A DNA stretch of 64,000 nucleotides from Phycisphaerales bacterium (lineage in GTDB: Bacteria; Planctomycetota; Phycisphaerae; Phycisphaerales; SM1A02). The position numbers were made by a program, and so were the translations under genes. The notes under the pieces were generated by a model, which searched no databases, was not told the DNA's origin, and saw only the letters and a list, made by a program, of their open reading frames with translations. Position 1 is the first letter of the stretch, and each line of letters opens with the position of its first letter. Of this stretch, positions 36,870 through 46,012 are shown piece after piece. Location of the stretch: positions 318,327 through 382,326 of the forward strand of contig JAXMAE010000004.1 of NCBI GenBank assembly GCA_046350495.1, written 5' to 3'.

Positions 36870-37844
36870 ATGACCGTGCCGCCGCGCGAAACCGATCGGC
36901 CCGCGCCCCAGGCAACCTCCGCCGGGCTCCGGTGCCGACGTTGCAGGTACGACCTCCGTGGCCTCCCCGAGGGCGGTCGTTGCCCGGAGTGTGGACTGCC
37001 GCTGCGGCTGAGCATCGCCGCGGCGGGCGTGCTCCGACGACCCGAGGTCGAGCGCGAGGCGGAACGGTGGGAGTGGGTCCATGGCGGGTGCTGGTGGATC
37101 GCACAGTCGACCTGGGCCGTCGTTCCCTTTGTGATGGGAGCGGGATTCCTCCCGCCGCTCACGGTGATCGCGATCGCCGGCATCACGACGCACGGCGTCG
37201 CTCACTGGTTCGGCTCTCGTGACGTGGTCCGCGGACTTCATGGGCTTGTCTTCGAATCAGGCGACCCGATCGGTCGAGCAGTCGCCGCGCGGCGCTGGGC
37301 GCTCGGCTACGCGGTCGCGGGCGGCGCGACATTCCTCGGCGCAGCGGGGAGCTGCGTCGCGAACGCGTTCGCGGGACCGGCGCAGTTGCTTCTGCCGGCA
37401 TGCGCCGTCGCCGTGGGACTGCTCGCGATCGTGCAGTCGCGGCGGGCGCTCGTCGAACTTTGCGACGCGATCGGCATTCGTGACCGAATGCCGCTCGAGC
37501 GTTGCGGCACGATCGTGATCGCGCTGGCCGCGGCGCTCTGGGGGGTTGCGCTCTCGGCGATCCTGCTCTCAGCGACCTCCCCCGCGTTGGCGATCGCCGC
37601 CATCTTCGCGGCGCCGCCCGCGGGCGTCGCGACGCTCGCGGCACTTCTTTTCCATCGCGATCTTGCCATGCGCGTCGCGGCTGCCATTCCGCAGGTCGAG
37701 GAGTTCTCGCCAGCGGCGGAGCGCGTCGCCCGCAAGCGCGAACGGATCCGTGGCGTGGGCCGCCCCGCGCGGCAGGAAGACCTCAGCCCCATTCGACTGG
37801 ACGATGCCCCGCCGAGGACGCCGTCGCCCGGCGATTCGCGCTGA
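36870..37844 (+). CDS. membrane protein with an N-terminal zinc-ribbon (CRRCRYDL...CPECG)
   Basis: Lies within ORF 36729..37844(+), starting at the ATG at 36870. The ribbon motif is LRCRRCRYDLRGLPEGGRCPECGLPL, followed by about 6 hydrophobic segments. No function is known. Confidence 0.55.
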   Translation: MTVPPRETDRPAPQATSAGLRCRRCRYDLRGLPEGGRCPECGLPLRLSIAAAGVLRRPEVEREAERWEWVHGGCWWIAQSTWAVVPFVMGAGFLPPLTVIAIAGITTHGVAHWFGSRDVVRGLHGLVFESGDPIGRAVAARRWALGYAVAGGATFLGAAGSCVANAFAGPAQLLLPACAVAVGLLAIVQSRRALVELCDAIGIRDRMPLERCGTIVIALAAALWGVALSAILLSATSPALAIAAIFAAPPAGVATLAALLFHRDLAMRVAAAIPQVEEFSPAAERVARKRERIRGVGRPARQEDLSPIRLDDAPPRTPSPGDSR

Positions 37845-37847
37845 CGC

Positions 37848-38351
37848 TCACGACGCGCGGCGCGCGCCTGCAAGCGCGATGGCGATCGCGTCGGCGATGT
37901 CCGGCGGTTCCGGCGGTGCTCCGAGCCGGAACTCGGCGGCGACGGCAAGTTGCATCTGCCGCTTCGTCGCGTTGCCGTTGCCGGTCATCGACTTCTTCAC
38001 CGTCGCCGGCGTCAGTTCGACGAGCTCCAATCCGCGGCGCTGCGCCGAGAGGAGCACGACGCCGCGAGCATGCGCCATGAGGATCGCGGTGCGCAGGTTC
38101 CTTGCGTGCGTGAAGACCGACTCGACCGCCATGCACGACGGCGCGAACTCCTCGAGCAGATCGCTGAGTTCGAGATCCAGTTGCCGCAATCGCGACGCGA
38201 GCGGCGTCTTCGGCTTCAGCCGAATCACCCCCGCTTCAACGAGCCGCGCGTCGTAGCTCGCTCGTTCGATCTCGACGCACGCGTAGCCGGTGCGCTCGAG
38301 TCCCGGATCGATCCCGACGACGCGCAGGGTTTCGTGCGAGGCGCTATCCAT
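37848..38351 (-). CDS. ruvC: crossover junction endodeoxyribonuclease RuvC
   Basis: Lies within ORF 37848..38429(-), starting at the ATG at 38351. The motifs are ...LRVVGIDPGLERTGYACVE..., ...MAVESVF..., ...ELTPATVKKSMTGNGNATKRQMQ... and ...DIADAIAIAL. Confidence 0.9.
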   Translation of the reverse strand: MDSASHETLRVVGIDPGLERTGYACVEIERASYDARLVEAGVIRLKPKTPLASRLRQLDLELSDLLEEFAPSCMAVESVFTHARNLRTAILMAHARGVVLLSAQRRGLELVELTPATVKKSMTGNGNATKRQMQLAVAAEFRLGAPPEPPDIADAIAIALAGARRAS

Positions 38352-38375
38352 GCGACGGTGCACGCGACAAGCGTA

Positions 38376-38553
38376 CCGGCTGGCGCGTGCCTCCTCGCGC
38401 ACGTCGCCGTGTCGAAGTTCACGGATCACGCGCCGCTGTATCGGGAGGAAGGCATGCTCGCGCAGAGCGGATTCGACCTCTCAAGATCGACGATGTGCGG
38501 GTGGATGGTCAGCTGTGCGGAGCTGCTGAAGCCGCTGGTGGACCTGATGTGGA
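38376..38553 (+). pseudogene. IS66-family transposase internal fragment
   Basis: The frame of ORF 37950..38903(+) reads PAGACLLAHVAVSKFTDHAPLYREEGMLAQSGFDLSRSTMCGWMVSCAELLKPLVDLM. This matches the conserved central block of IS66 TnpC (LLAHVLVSKY.DHLPLYRQ...G..LSRSTL..W......L.PL). No N-terminal or catalytic parts flank it. The fragment begins 25 nt from the ruvC start. Confidence 0.65.
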
Positions 38554-39070
38554 GCGACGGAGGTCGGCTGCTGGCGGAAGGCGGCCGACCGCGAGGCGTT
38601 CCTCCGAGAGCGCTTGCCGGGCGCGTGGCTCAAGGTCAATCCGATGAAGCGGCTGGCGCTGGCGCGATGGGCGGTGATCGAACGATGACGATTGGTCCGC
38701 TTGGGCCGCACCGGCCGCAGTGGGTCGTCGCCGCGCATCGCCTCGTCTCCGCGTCGCCTGCGGCGCGGCGACGCGCGCGAGTTGCCTCGCGCGGGCCAAG
38801 CTTGGAAGCACCGTTCGCGCTCCGTACAGTCGCGCTTCCCGTTCAAAGCGATACGCGAGAGTTAGCTCACGCTGGCGACATCGGGCACGGAAATTCAGGC
38901 TGAGCCGGAAGATCGCGCAGCTACGATTCGCAACCGACGCGGCGACGCTGCACGACCTGAACGCGTAGCCACAACGCGGCGCGGGCCGCACAGCGCAAGG
39001 TCCTTGGCTTGGTCAGCACCTCGGCATGTGGTGTCGTCGTGAGCCAACAATGATTAGATTGTGCCGCTGA

Positions 39071-39883
39071 GTGAAAGGCAATCGCACCACCAACTACGGC
39101 ATCGACGCGCCGGTGGCGGTGCGCAATCTGCTGATCGTGGCGGCGCTGGGAGCGATCTCGCTGATCACGCTGCTGCTCGGTGTGTGGTCAAAGCAAGACC
39201 TTATCGCGGTCATCGCGAGGCCATTGATCTCGGCCGGCCTGGGCTGCGGCGCGATGGGCCTGTGGATGATCTACGACAGCAAGATCGGCAAGGTGCGCGA
39301 GCGCGAAGACTATCTCGACAAGATTGACTGGCGCGGTGACGAGCGCGTGCTGGATGTGGGGTGCGGCCTCGGATTGTTTCTGATCGGCGCCGCCAAGCGG
39401 CTCTCGACCGGCCGCGCGGTCGGCATCGACAAGTGGCAGCAAGAAGATCTCAGCGGCAACAACGCTGCGGGGACGCTCAACAACGCAATGATCGAAGGCG
39501 TGGCCGACAAGGTCGATGTGCACACCGGTGATGCGCGCAAGCTGCCTTTCGAGGACGCGAGCTTCGACGTCGTCCTCTCGAGCATGGCGTTACACAACAT
39601 CTACAACGCGGGCGAGCGGCAAACCGCCGTGCGCGAGATCGCGCGGGTGCTCAAGTCCGGCGGACGTGTGCTGATCGTGGACGTGCGGCACACCAGGCAA
39701 TACGCCGCCACCCTGCGCGATGCCGGCCTCGATGCGCGGTGCGTTCAGGGCATCGTCGCGTCCTTGCTGACCGTGATCACGTTTGGATTGATCCAAATCG
39801 GCTACGTGATCGGCAGCAAGGCGGGACCGGGCGAGGCCAATTCAATCGCTCCGTTGCGCCCTCTGCGCGCGCACTCGCTCTAG
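39071..39883 (+). CDS. class I SAM-dependent methyltransferase with an N-terminal membrane segment pair
   Basis: ORF 39071..39883(+), GTG start. Motif I is VLDVGCGLGLF. Later segments are ...FDVVLSSMALHNIY...IARVLKSGGRVLIVD. Hydrophobic helices sit at both ends. The stop TAG overlaps the IS target duplication. Confidence 0.8.
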   Translation: MKGNRTTNYGIDAPVAVRNLLIVAALGAISLITLLLGVWSKQDLIAVIARPLISAGLGCGAMGLWMIYDSKIGKVREREDYLDKIDWRGDERVLDVGCGLGLFLIGAAKRLSTGRAVGIDKWQQEDLSGNNAAGTLNNAMIEGVADKVDVHTGDARKLPFEDASFDVVLSSMALHNIYNAGERQTAVREIARVLKSGGRVLIVDVRHTRQYAATLRDAGLDARCVQGIVASLLTVITFGLIQIGYVIGSKAGPGEANSIAPLRPLRAHSL

Positions 39884-40730
39884 AGCGTGTTACGCACTCC
39901 CGCCAAAGGTTTTGAAAAGCATGAGGCAGGCGAACACGAGATAGTGAAGGCCCGCGACGGTTTGCGGGAGGCGTTCGTAATCCTTCGCCAGCCGCCGGAA
40001 TCGCGTCGCCCACGCGAAGCTCCGCTCCACCACCCACCGCCGGGGCAGCAGCACGAAGCCTCGCTTCGCCTCCGGAAGCTTCACGACGTGCAGGTCGATG
40101 CCTTGACCGTACGCGTCGTCCTCGGCCTGCTCGCCGGTGTAGCCCTGGTCGACATATGCAAGCGTCACGGTCCGCCGGGTCGCCTTCTGGATGGCCTTGG
40201 CCGTCTTCTTCACCTGCGTGCGGTCCTGCCTGTCTGCGGGAGTCACGTGCAGCGCCAGGAGATTGCCCAGCGTGTCGACGGCGAGATGCACCTTCGATCC
40301 CTTCTTCCGCTTCGCCCCGTCGTAGCCGGCGCGGTGCCCGCTCTCGGGCGTGCTCTGCAGCGTCCGGCTGTCGATGATCGCCGCGGTGGGCGACGCCTTT
40401 CGCCCGGCGTTGATCCTGAGGATCTCGCGGAGGTCGTGCACGATCGCCTCGAAGACACCGGCCTTGATCCAGCGCTGCGCCTGGTCGTAGACGGCGTGCC
40501 ACGGCGGGAACTCGTGCGGGATCATCCGCCACGGCGCGCCGGACCGGACCATCCAGCGGAGGGCGTTGAAGACGTGCCGGAGGTCGTGCTCGCGTTGCGG
40601 CGCGTCCTCGCGCATGAGTGTCAGGTAGGGGAAGACGAACTCCCATTCGTCATCCGAGACGTCGCTTGGATACGGCTTCCGTGCCATGCCCGTAGATCGG
40701 CGCGACGGAGCGGAAGTCCGTAACACGCTC
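39883..40730 (-). mobile_element. intact IS5-family (IS427/IS1031-like) insertion sequence, 848 bp
   Basis: The terminal inverted repeats are gagcgtgttacgCactCccg (39883-39902) and its complement at 40711-40730, matching 18/20. It is flanked by a direct TA (39881-82 and 40731-32). It carries a single transposase ORF. Confidence 0.85.
39890..40687 (-). CDS. IS5-family DDE transposase
   Basis: Lies within ORF 39890..40726(-), starting at the ATG at 40687. The product MARKPYPSDVSDDEWEFVFPYLTLM...LRWMVRSGAPWRMIP... has the N-terminal domain typical of IS5/IS427. The DDE region is ...AIIDSRTLQST...VDTLGNLLALHVTPADRQDR...AYVDQGY...RWVVERSFAW. Confidence 0.9.
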   Translation of the reverse strand: MARKPYPSDVSDDEWEFVFPYLTLMREDAPQREHDLRHVFNALRWMVRSGAPWRMIPHEFPPWHAVYDQAQRWIKAGVFEAIVHDLREILRINAGRKASPTAAIIDSRTLQSTPESGHRAGYDGAKRKKGSKVHLAVDTLGNLLALHVTPADRQDRTQVKKTAKAIQKATRRTVTLAYVDQGYTGEQAEDDAYGQGIDLHVVKLPEAKRGFVLLPRRWVVERSFAWATRFRRLAKDYERLPQTVAGLHYLVFACLMLFKTFGGSA

Positions 40731-40732
40731 TA

Positions 40733-40812
40733 GCACACTCGCTCTGGCACACTCGCTCTGGCCATTTCGCCGTCTTGTGAGATCGTGGAGCGCGTGGAGC
40801 AAATACGGTCCG
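40733..40812 (-). repeat. tandem 14-mers (gcacactcgctctg x2) plus dispersed repeat copy B
   Basis: Positions 40733-40746 and 40747-40760 are identical. A third degenerate unit (gcgcactcgctcta, 39869-39882) lies on the other side of the IS. Positions 40747-40812 are the reverse complement of 21598-21663. Confidence 0.85.
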
Positions 40813-40844
40813 AAGGCGCACAGGACACCCCCGTGCGCGACCCC

Positions 40845-41903
40845 CTACCTCAGCTCGGCGATCGCGGCCTCGATGCGCGCCTGCGCTTCGTCGAGCGGCG
40901 CCTTGATGCGGGCCCCTGCCGCGTGCACGTGGCCGCCGCCTCCGAACCGCGCCGCGAGCGCGTTCACATCGACGAAGCGGCCCGCGTCGTCCTTCGGCTT
41001 CGAGCGGAACGACACCTTGATCAGGGTCGGCTCGGTCTCGATGAGCAAGATGGCGGCCCGCACGCGTGCGACGACCATCGGAAGATTCACGATGCCCGAG
41101 GTCTCCTCCAACGCCGCGCCGATTTCGCGGAAGTCCGACTGCGCGAGTCGCATGATCGCGACATCGCCGCCTGACTTGAGCGGCACAAAGCGCACGCCCG
41201 CCAGCGCCCGGCCTTCGATGCGGACACGCTCGGCGCGATGGCTCTGCTCGACGACCTCGATGATGTGATCCTTGTCGACGCCGGCGTCAAGCAGCCGCGC
41301 GGCCAGCGCGAACTCCGGACCGCGGGCGTTCGGGAAGCGGAACCACCCGGTGTCGGTCGAGAGCCCGAGGTAGACCGCCTCCGCGATGCTGCCGCGGCCG
41401 CGGGCGTCGGCGCCGAAGGTGAGCGGCACGCCCAGCGCGTCGACGAGCCGCACGAGGAGCGCGGTGCACGAGCCGCACGTCACGTCGACGATGCGCTCGC
41501 TCGCCACGCCGTCGCCGCGCGGATGGTGGTCGAAGCCGATCGTGCGATCCGCGCGGGGCCGTAGCCACGGCGCGAACGTCTCAAGCTGCGTCCACGCGCC
41601 GGTGTCGACGACGATCGCGAGATCCGCGTCGTCGGGCGGCAGTCGAGGCTTCGACGGATCGACGAGTTCCAGCTTCGCCGGCGCGGCGAGCGAGAGGAGA
41701 TTCGGCTCGAACGGACCGACCAGCCAGCCTTCGCTCGCGACGCCGACCGCGGCGCACGAGCGCATGACCGCAAGCACGGAACCGAGGGCATCGCCGTCGG
41801 GCTTCGCGTGCGTCGTGATCACGACGCGACGAGCGCCCTTGATGCGGGCCGCGAGTCGTTCGACGGTGGCGTTCGAGACGTAGGGGAACTCGGGTTCGTT
41901 CAC
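40845..41903 (-). CDS. nrnA: DHH-family phosphoesterase NrnA-like (oligoribonuclease / pAp phosphatase)
   Basis: ORF 40845..41903(-). The motifs are ...VVITTHAKPDGDALGS..., ...IVVDTG..., ...GFDHHP... and ...FGGGGHVHAAGA (DHHA1 motif). Confidence 0.85.
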   Translation of the reverse strand: MNEPEFPYVSNATVERLAARIKGARRVVITTHAKPDGDALGSVLAVMRSCAAVGVASEGWLVGPFEPNLLSLAAPAKLELVDPSKPRLPPDDADLAIVVDTGAWTQLETFAPWLRPRADRTIGFDHHPRGDGVASERIVDVTCGSCTALLVRLVDALGVPLTFGADARGRGSIAEAVYLGLSTDTGWFRFPNARGPEFALAARLLDAGVDKDHIIEVVEQSHRAERVRIEGRALAGVRFVPLKSGGDVAIMRLAQSDFREIGAALEETSGIVNLPMVVARVRAAILLIETEPTLIKVSFRSKPKDDAGRFVDVNALAARFGGGGHVHAAGARIKAPLDEAQARIEAAIAELR

Positions 41904-42904
41904 GATGCGGCCTCGATGAGCGGAGCGCGCGGCGCCGCGAGCCGGGCGCGGATCGCCTCGATGTCGCCAGCCATGCGCTCAAGCAACCGGTCAAGCGTCG
42001 GAAACGCGATCTGTTCGCGCACCCAATGAACGAACTCGACGCGCACCGCGTGACCGTACCAGTCCATCGGCAGCGCGGCGTCGAGGAGATGCGCCTCGCA
42101 GACCCGCGCCGAGCGCCCGAACGACGGCTTCGTGCCCACCGAGATCGCCGCATCGAAGCGACGTCCGTCGGCGAGCGTCGCGTGTCCGCCGTACACCGCG
42201 TCGCCGGGCAGGAGCGTCTCGACTTCGCCGAGGTTGATGGTCGGCACGCCAATGGTGCGACCCCGCCGATCGCCCGGCACGGCGCGACCGATCAGGGCGT
42301 ACGGTCGACCGAGCACGCGGGATGCATCGTCCACGCGACCCTGCGCGAGCAGCCACCGCGCGAGCGACGAGCGGGCCTCGACGAGGGTCCCGTCGCGCAG
42401 CGCGACGTCGATCGGCGGAACCACCTCGCAGACGAAGCCGTCCGCCGCGGCGATCGCCCGAAGCGTCTCGATCGACCCCGACCTCGCTCGCCCGAATCGG
42501 AAGTCGGGCCCCTCCACGATCAGGTCGAATCGCAGGCGACCGCGCAGCTCGCGAATGAACGCAGCGGCATCCAGCCCAAGGAGTTGCGGCGTCGGGTCGA
42601 GCTCGATCACTTCGTTCGCGCCGGCTTCGAGGAGCAGGCGTCGGCGCTCAGCCGCGCCGGTCAGTCGAGGCGGCACGCAGTCCGGCCGAAGCCGCGAGAT
42701 CGGGTGCGGCTCGAAGGTGACTGCCACGGTGCGCCCGCTCGGCCCGGTGGTTCTTCGGGCGGTTTCGACGAGCGTCGCGTGGCCGCGGTGGACCCCGTCG
42801 AAGTTGCCAATCGTGACTGCAAGCACTGGAGCGCCACAGACTTGAAGGAATCCACCGCGGGAAGGTCCGGAGACGTCGAATGCGGCTCTCCCTTGCGGGC
42901 GCAT
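41900..42904 (-). CDS. ribF: bifunctional riboflavin kinase / FAD synthetase
   Basis: This is the C-terminal third of shadow ORF 41900..44701(-). The motifs are ...LAVTIGNFDGVHRGH..., ...GPDFRFGRARSG..., ...GRAVPGDRRGRTIGVPTINL... and ...EVEFVHWVREQIAFP. The stop overlaps the nrnA ATG (41900-41903). The start is uncertain: the ATG at 42904 is only 24 nt from the divergent gdh ATG, and a GTG at 42826 is an alternative. Confidence 0.85.
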   Translation of the reverse strand: MRPQGRAAFDVSGPSRGGFLQVCGAPVLAVTIGNFDGVHRGHATLVETARRTTGPSGRTVAVTFEPHPISRLRPDCVPPRLTGAAERRRLLLEAGANEVIELDPTPQLLGLDAAAFIRELRGRLRFDLIVEGPDFRFGRARSGSIETLRAIAAADGFVCEVVPPIDVALRDGTLVEARSSLARWLLAQGRVDDASRVLGRPYALIGRAVPGDRRGRTIGVPTINLGEVETLLPGDAVYGGHATLADGRRFDAAISVGTKPSFGRSARVCEAHLLDAALPMDWYGHAVRVEFVHWVREQIAFPTLDRLLERMAGDIEAIRARLAAPRAPLIEAAS

Positions 42905-42928
42905 CCGTTCCGGCTGTATGTATACGGG

Positions 42929-45868
42929 ATGCCCCCTACACCCGCCACCGCGCCGTCGACCCACGACGCCGCGTCGACCGTCAATGAACTCGCGAAGAGC
43001 TTCCGCGAGACCGCTGAATCGGTGGTGCCCTGGTTCTTCAGCCAGATGCCCCCGATGTACTTCCAAGACACCGACCGCGCGAGCCAGATGAGCCATCTGC
43101 GCGCGATCATCGCCGCCAAGGCGAGCGGTCGCCCGCTGGAGATGACGCTCAGGAGCGAGGACAACCGCCAATGGACGCTCATGCGCCCGGGCAATCGCCC
43201 CGGCGTGCTGGCGGAACTCGTGTCGAGCCTTCCGCGCGAGCTGTCGCTGAGAGCCGCGAAGATCCATTCGGCGCGCGACGGCCAACTCGTCCTCGACACG
43301 TTCGAGTTCGGCGAGCAGGTTCCCTACGACGCGAAGGACGCCCGCCAGCAGGAGAAGCTGAAACAGACGATCGCGTACGCGCAGGCGAACGGCGCGGATT
43401 GGACCGCGGACCAGATCGCCGCGTACTTCGCGAACTGCACCGCCGAGTACGTGCTGACGCTGACGCCGCTGCGCATCTGCAAGCACAACTCCCTCTTCCG
43501 CGCGGTGTCGGGCTCCGACGGCGCGATCGTCGAGCTCGAGCCCGAGGCCGATCCGACGGTGAGCCGACTCACCATCGCCTACGCGAATGCCCGCACGCGC
43601 ACGATGCTCGAGCGGACCGCGAAGATCCTCGCGGAGTACAAGGTCTCGATCAACCGCGCGTATCTCGACGTGGTGAAGGATCCGCCGTTCGGCACGGTCA
43701 CGTTCACCGCGTACGTCGTGCAGACCGCCGAGGGAAGGGCGATCGATCCGAAGAGCGACCTCTGGAAGTCGGTGCGCCACGACCTCGAGCGCATCAAGTG
43801 GATCGACGAGACGGTGCAGGACCTCGCGAAGCGGCATCCGCACCTCGGCCTCTCGCGGGCGGAGGCGATCCTCGGACTCGCGCACCTCGTGCATCAGGTG
43901 CTCTGCCCGGTCAATCCGTTCGCGTACACGCACGACCGCCTGCTGGCCGCCGCCGAGGAGCAGATCTCGATCTCGACGGCGATCGTCGACCTCCTCGTCG
44001 CCCGCTTCGATCCCGCGAAGCAGATCGACGACAAGACCTTCGCCACGCGGGCCGCCGGCCTGCACGCGGACATCGAGTCGAAGGTGTCCGAGCCGGGCCG
44101 CACGATCCTGCACAAGATGCTCGAGGCGGTCGAGCACACGCTGCGCACCAACTACTTCCTGCCGCGCCGCTCCGGCTTCGCGCTGCGCCTCGATCCGAAG
44201 TTCCTCAAGAACCCGAATCGGCCCGAATCGCCGTACGGCACGTTCTTCGTGCACGGCCGCGGCTTCGACGGCTTCCACAATCGCTTTGGCGACATCGCCC
44301 GCGGCGGCCTTCGCGTCATCCGTCCGACGACGCCGGCGCAGTGGGCCCGCGAGGCGGAGCGCCTGTTCGACGAGGTGTACGGCCTGTCGTGGGCGCAACA
44401 GTTGAAGAACAAGGACATCCCCGAGGGCGGCGCGAAGTGCGCGATCCTCGTGCGGCCCGGCGACGACATCACGCGCTGCGTGAAGGCGTTCGTGGACTGC
44501 ATGCTCGACCTCATCACGCCCGACCCCGAGATCACGAAGCACATCGTCGATCGCTTCGGCAAGCCCGAGTTCATCTATCTCGGGCCCGACGAGAACATCA
44601 CGCCCGACCACATCAACTGGATCGTGGCGCGGGCCCGGCGCCGCAAGTACGGCATGCCGACCGCGTTCATGTCGTCGAAGCCCGACGCGGGCATCAACCA
44701 CAAGGTCTACGGCGTAACGAGCGAAGGCGTGACGGTCTTCCTCGAAGTCGCGCTCCTCGCGCGGGGCATCAACCCGCGCAAGCAGCCGTTCACCGTGAAG
44801 ATCACCGGCGGTCCCGACGGCGACGTCGCGGGCAACATGATCAAGATCCTCGATCGCGAGTACGGCCAGAACGCCCGCATCGTCGGCATCGCCGACGCGT
44901 CAGGCAGCGGCGAGGATCCGAACGGTCTCGATCACGGCGAGTTGCTGCGTCTCTTCAAGGCCGAGCTTCCGATCGCGTCGTTCGACCGCAAGAAGCTGTC
45001 GCCGCAAGGCCGCATCGTGTCGATCGACGAGCCGGACGGCGCGAAACTGCGCAACACGCTGCACAACCGCATCGTGTCCGACGCGTTCGTGCCCGGCGGC
45101 GGTCGCCCGGCGACGATCAACGAGTCGAACTGGCGCGACTATCTCACCGCCGACGGCAAGCCCTCGAGCGCGATCATCGCCGAAGGCGCGAACCTCTTCC
45201 TTACGCCCGAAGCCCGCAAGCTCCTGTGCGCCGAAGGTTGCCTCATCTTCAAGGACTCGTCGGCGAACAAATGCGGCGTGATCTGCTCGAGCTTCGAGAT
45301 CGACGCCTGCATGGTGCTCTCCGACGAGGAGTTCCTGAAGATCAAGGACGCCTACGTGAAGGACGTCCTCGATCGCCTGCGCAGCCTCGCGCGGCAGGAG
45401 GCGCTCCTCCTCATGGCCGAAGGCCGACGCCATCCGAACATTCCGCTGCCGGAGATCTCGACGCAGCTCTCGAAGGTGATGAACGGCGCGGCGGCGGCGA
45501 TCGCGGCGGCGCTGCCCAACTGGCCCGAGGCGAGCAAGGAGCACTCGAAGGCGCTGGTCCTCGAACACCTGCCGGCCGCGCTCACCAAGTACGCGGGCGA
45601 TCGCATCTGGAAGTCGATTCCCGAGGCGTATCTCATCTGGCTGAAGGCGAAGCGCCTCGCCGCGAACATCGTGTATCGCGAGGGCATCGACTTCTTCTCG
45701 TCGCTCGACCCGGCGGCGATCGGCGAAGTCGCCCGTCGCTACCTCGAGAAGGACATCGAGAATCGTCGTCTCATCGAGGACGTCGCGAAGAGCAACCTCG
45801 CCGAGAAGGACCGCATCGTCACGCTGCTCGAGCGAGCCGGCACGCGCGGCGCGCTGCAGGACTTCTGA
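42929..45868 (+). CDS. large-type (about 110 kDa class) NAD-specific glutamate dehydrogenase
   Basis: Lies within ORF 42026..45868(+), starting at the ATG at 42929, 979 aa. The motifs are ...FVHGRGFDGFHNRFGDIARGGLRVIR..., ...AQQLKNKDIPEGGAKCAI..., ...YLGPDENITP... and ...KITGGPDGDVAGN..IK.., followed by ...PGGGRPATIN. Confidence 0.8.
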   Translation: MPPTPATAPSTHDAASTVNELAKSFRETAESVVPWFFSQMPPMYFQDTDRASQMSHLRAIIAAKASGRPLEMTLRSEDNRQWTLMRPGNRPGVLAELVSSLPRELSLRAAKIHSARDGQLVLDTFEFGEQVPYDAKDARQQEKLKQTIAYAQANGADWTADQIAAYFANCTAEYVLTLTPLRICKHNSLFRAVSGSDGAIVELEPEADPTVSRLTIAYANARTRTMLERTAKILAEYKVSINRAYLDVVKDPPFGTVTFTAYVVQTAEGRAIDPKSDLWKSVRHDLERIKWIDETVQDLAKRHPHLGLSRAEAILGLAHLVHQVLCPVNPFAYTHDRLLAAAEEQISISTAIVDLLVARFDPAKQIDDKTFATRAAGLHADIESKVSEPGRTILHKMLEAVEHTLRTNYFLPRRSGFALRLDPKFLKNPNRPESPYGTFFVHGRGFDGFHNRFGDIARGGLRVIRPTTPAQWAREAERLFDEVYGLSWAQQLKNKDIPEGGAKCAILVRPGDDITRCVKAFVDCMLDLITPDPEITKHIVDRFGKPEFIYLGPDENITPDHINWIVARARRRKYGMPTAFMSSKPDAGINHKVYGVTSEGVTVFLEVALLARGINPRKQPFTVKITGGPDGDVAGNMIKILDREYGQNARIVGIADASGSGEDPNGLDHGELLRLFKAELPIASFDRKKLSPQGRIVSIDEPDGAKLRNTLHNRIVSDAFVPGGGRPATINESNWRDYLTADGKPSSAIIAEGANLFLTPEARKLLCAEGCLIFKDSSANKCGVICSSFEIDACMVLSDEEFLKIKDAYVKDVLDRLRSLARQEALLLMAEGRRHPNIPLPEISTQLSKVMNGAAAAIAAALPNWPEASKEHSKALVLEHLPAALTKYAGDRIWKSIPEAYLIWLKAKRLAANIVYREGIDFFSSLDPAAIGEVARRYLEKDIENRRLIEDVAKSNLAEKDRIVTLLERAGTRGALQDF

Positions 45869-45887
45869 TCGGTCCCGACTTGACCGG

Positions 45888-45939
45888 CCGATCGATTGCC
45901 TCGCCCTCCACTTCAGACGAGAGCGAGGCAATCGGTCGG
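45888..45939 (+). terminator. long hairpin downstream of gdh (terminator or attenuator candidate, no U-tract)
   Basis: ccgatcgattgcctcgc (45888-45904) pairs with gcgaggcaatcggtcgg (45923-45939). The stem is 17 bp with one G-U and the loop is 18 nt. Confidence 0.35.
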
Positions 45940-46012
45940 CCATGCGCGACGACCCGACGCCGAACTGACTCGGCGTCACAATGCAACGCGGAAGAATCCG
46001 CCAGGAGGCCGC

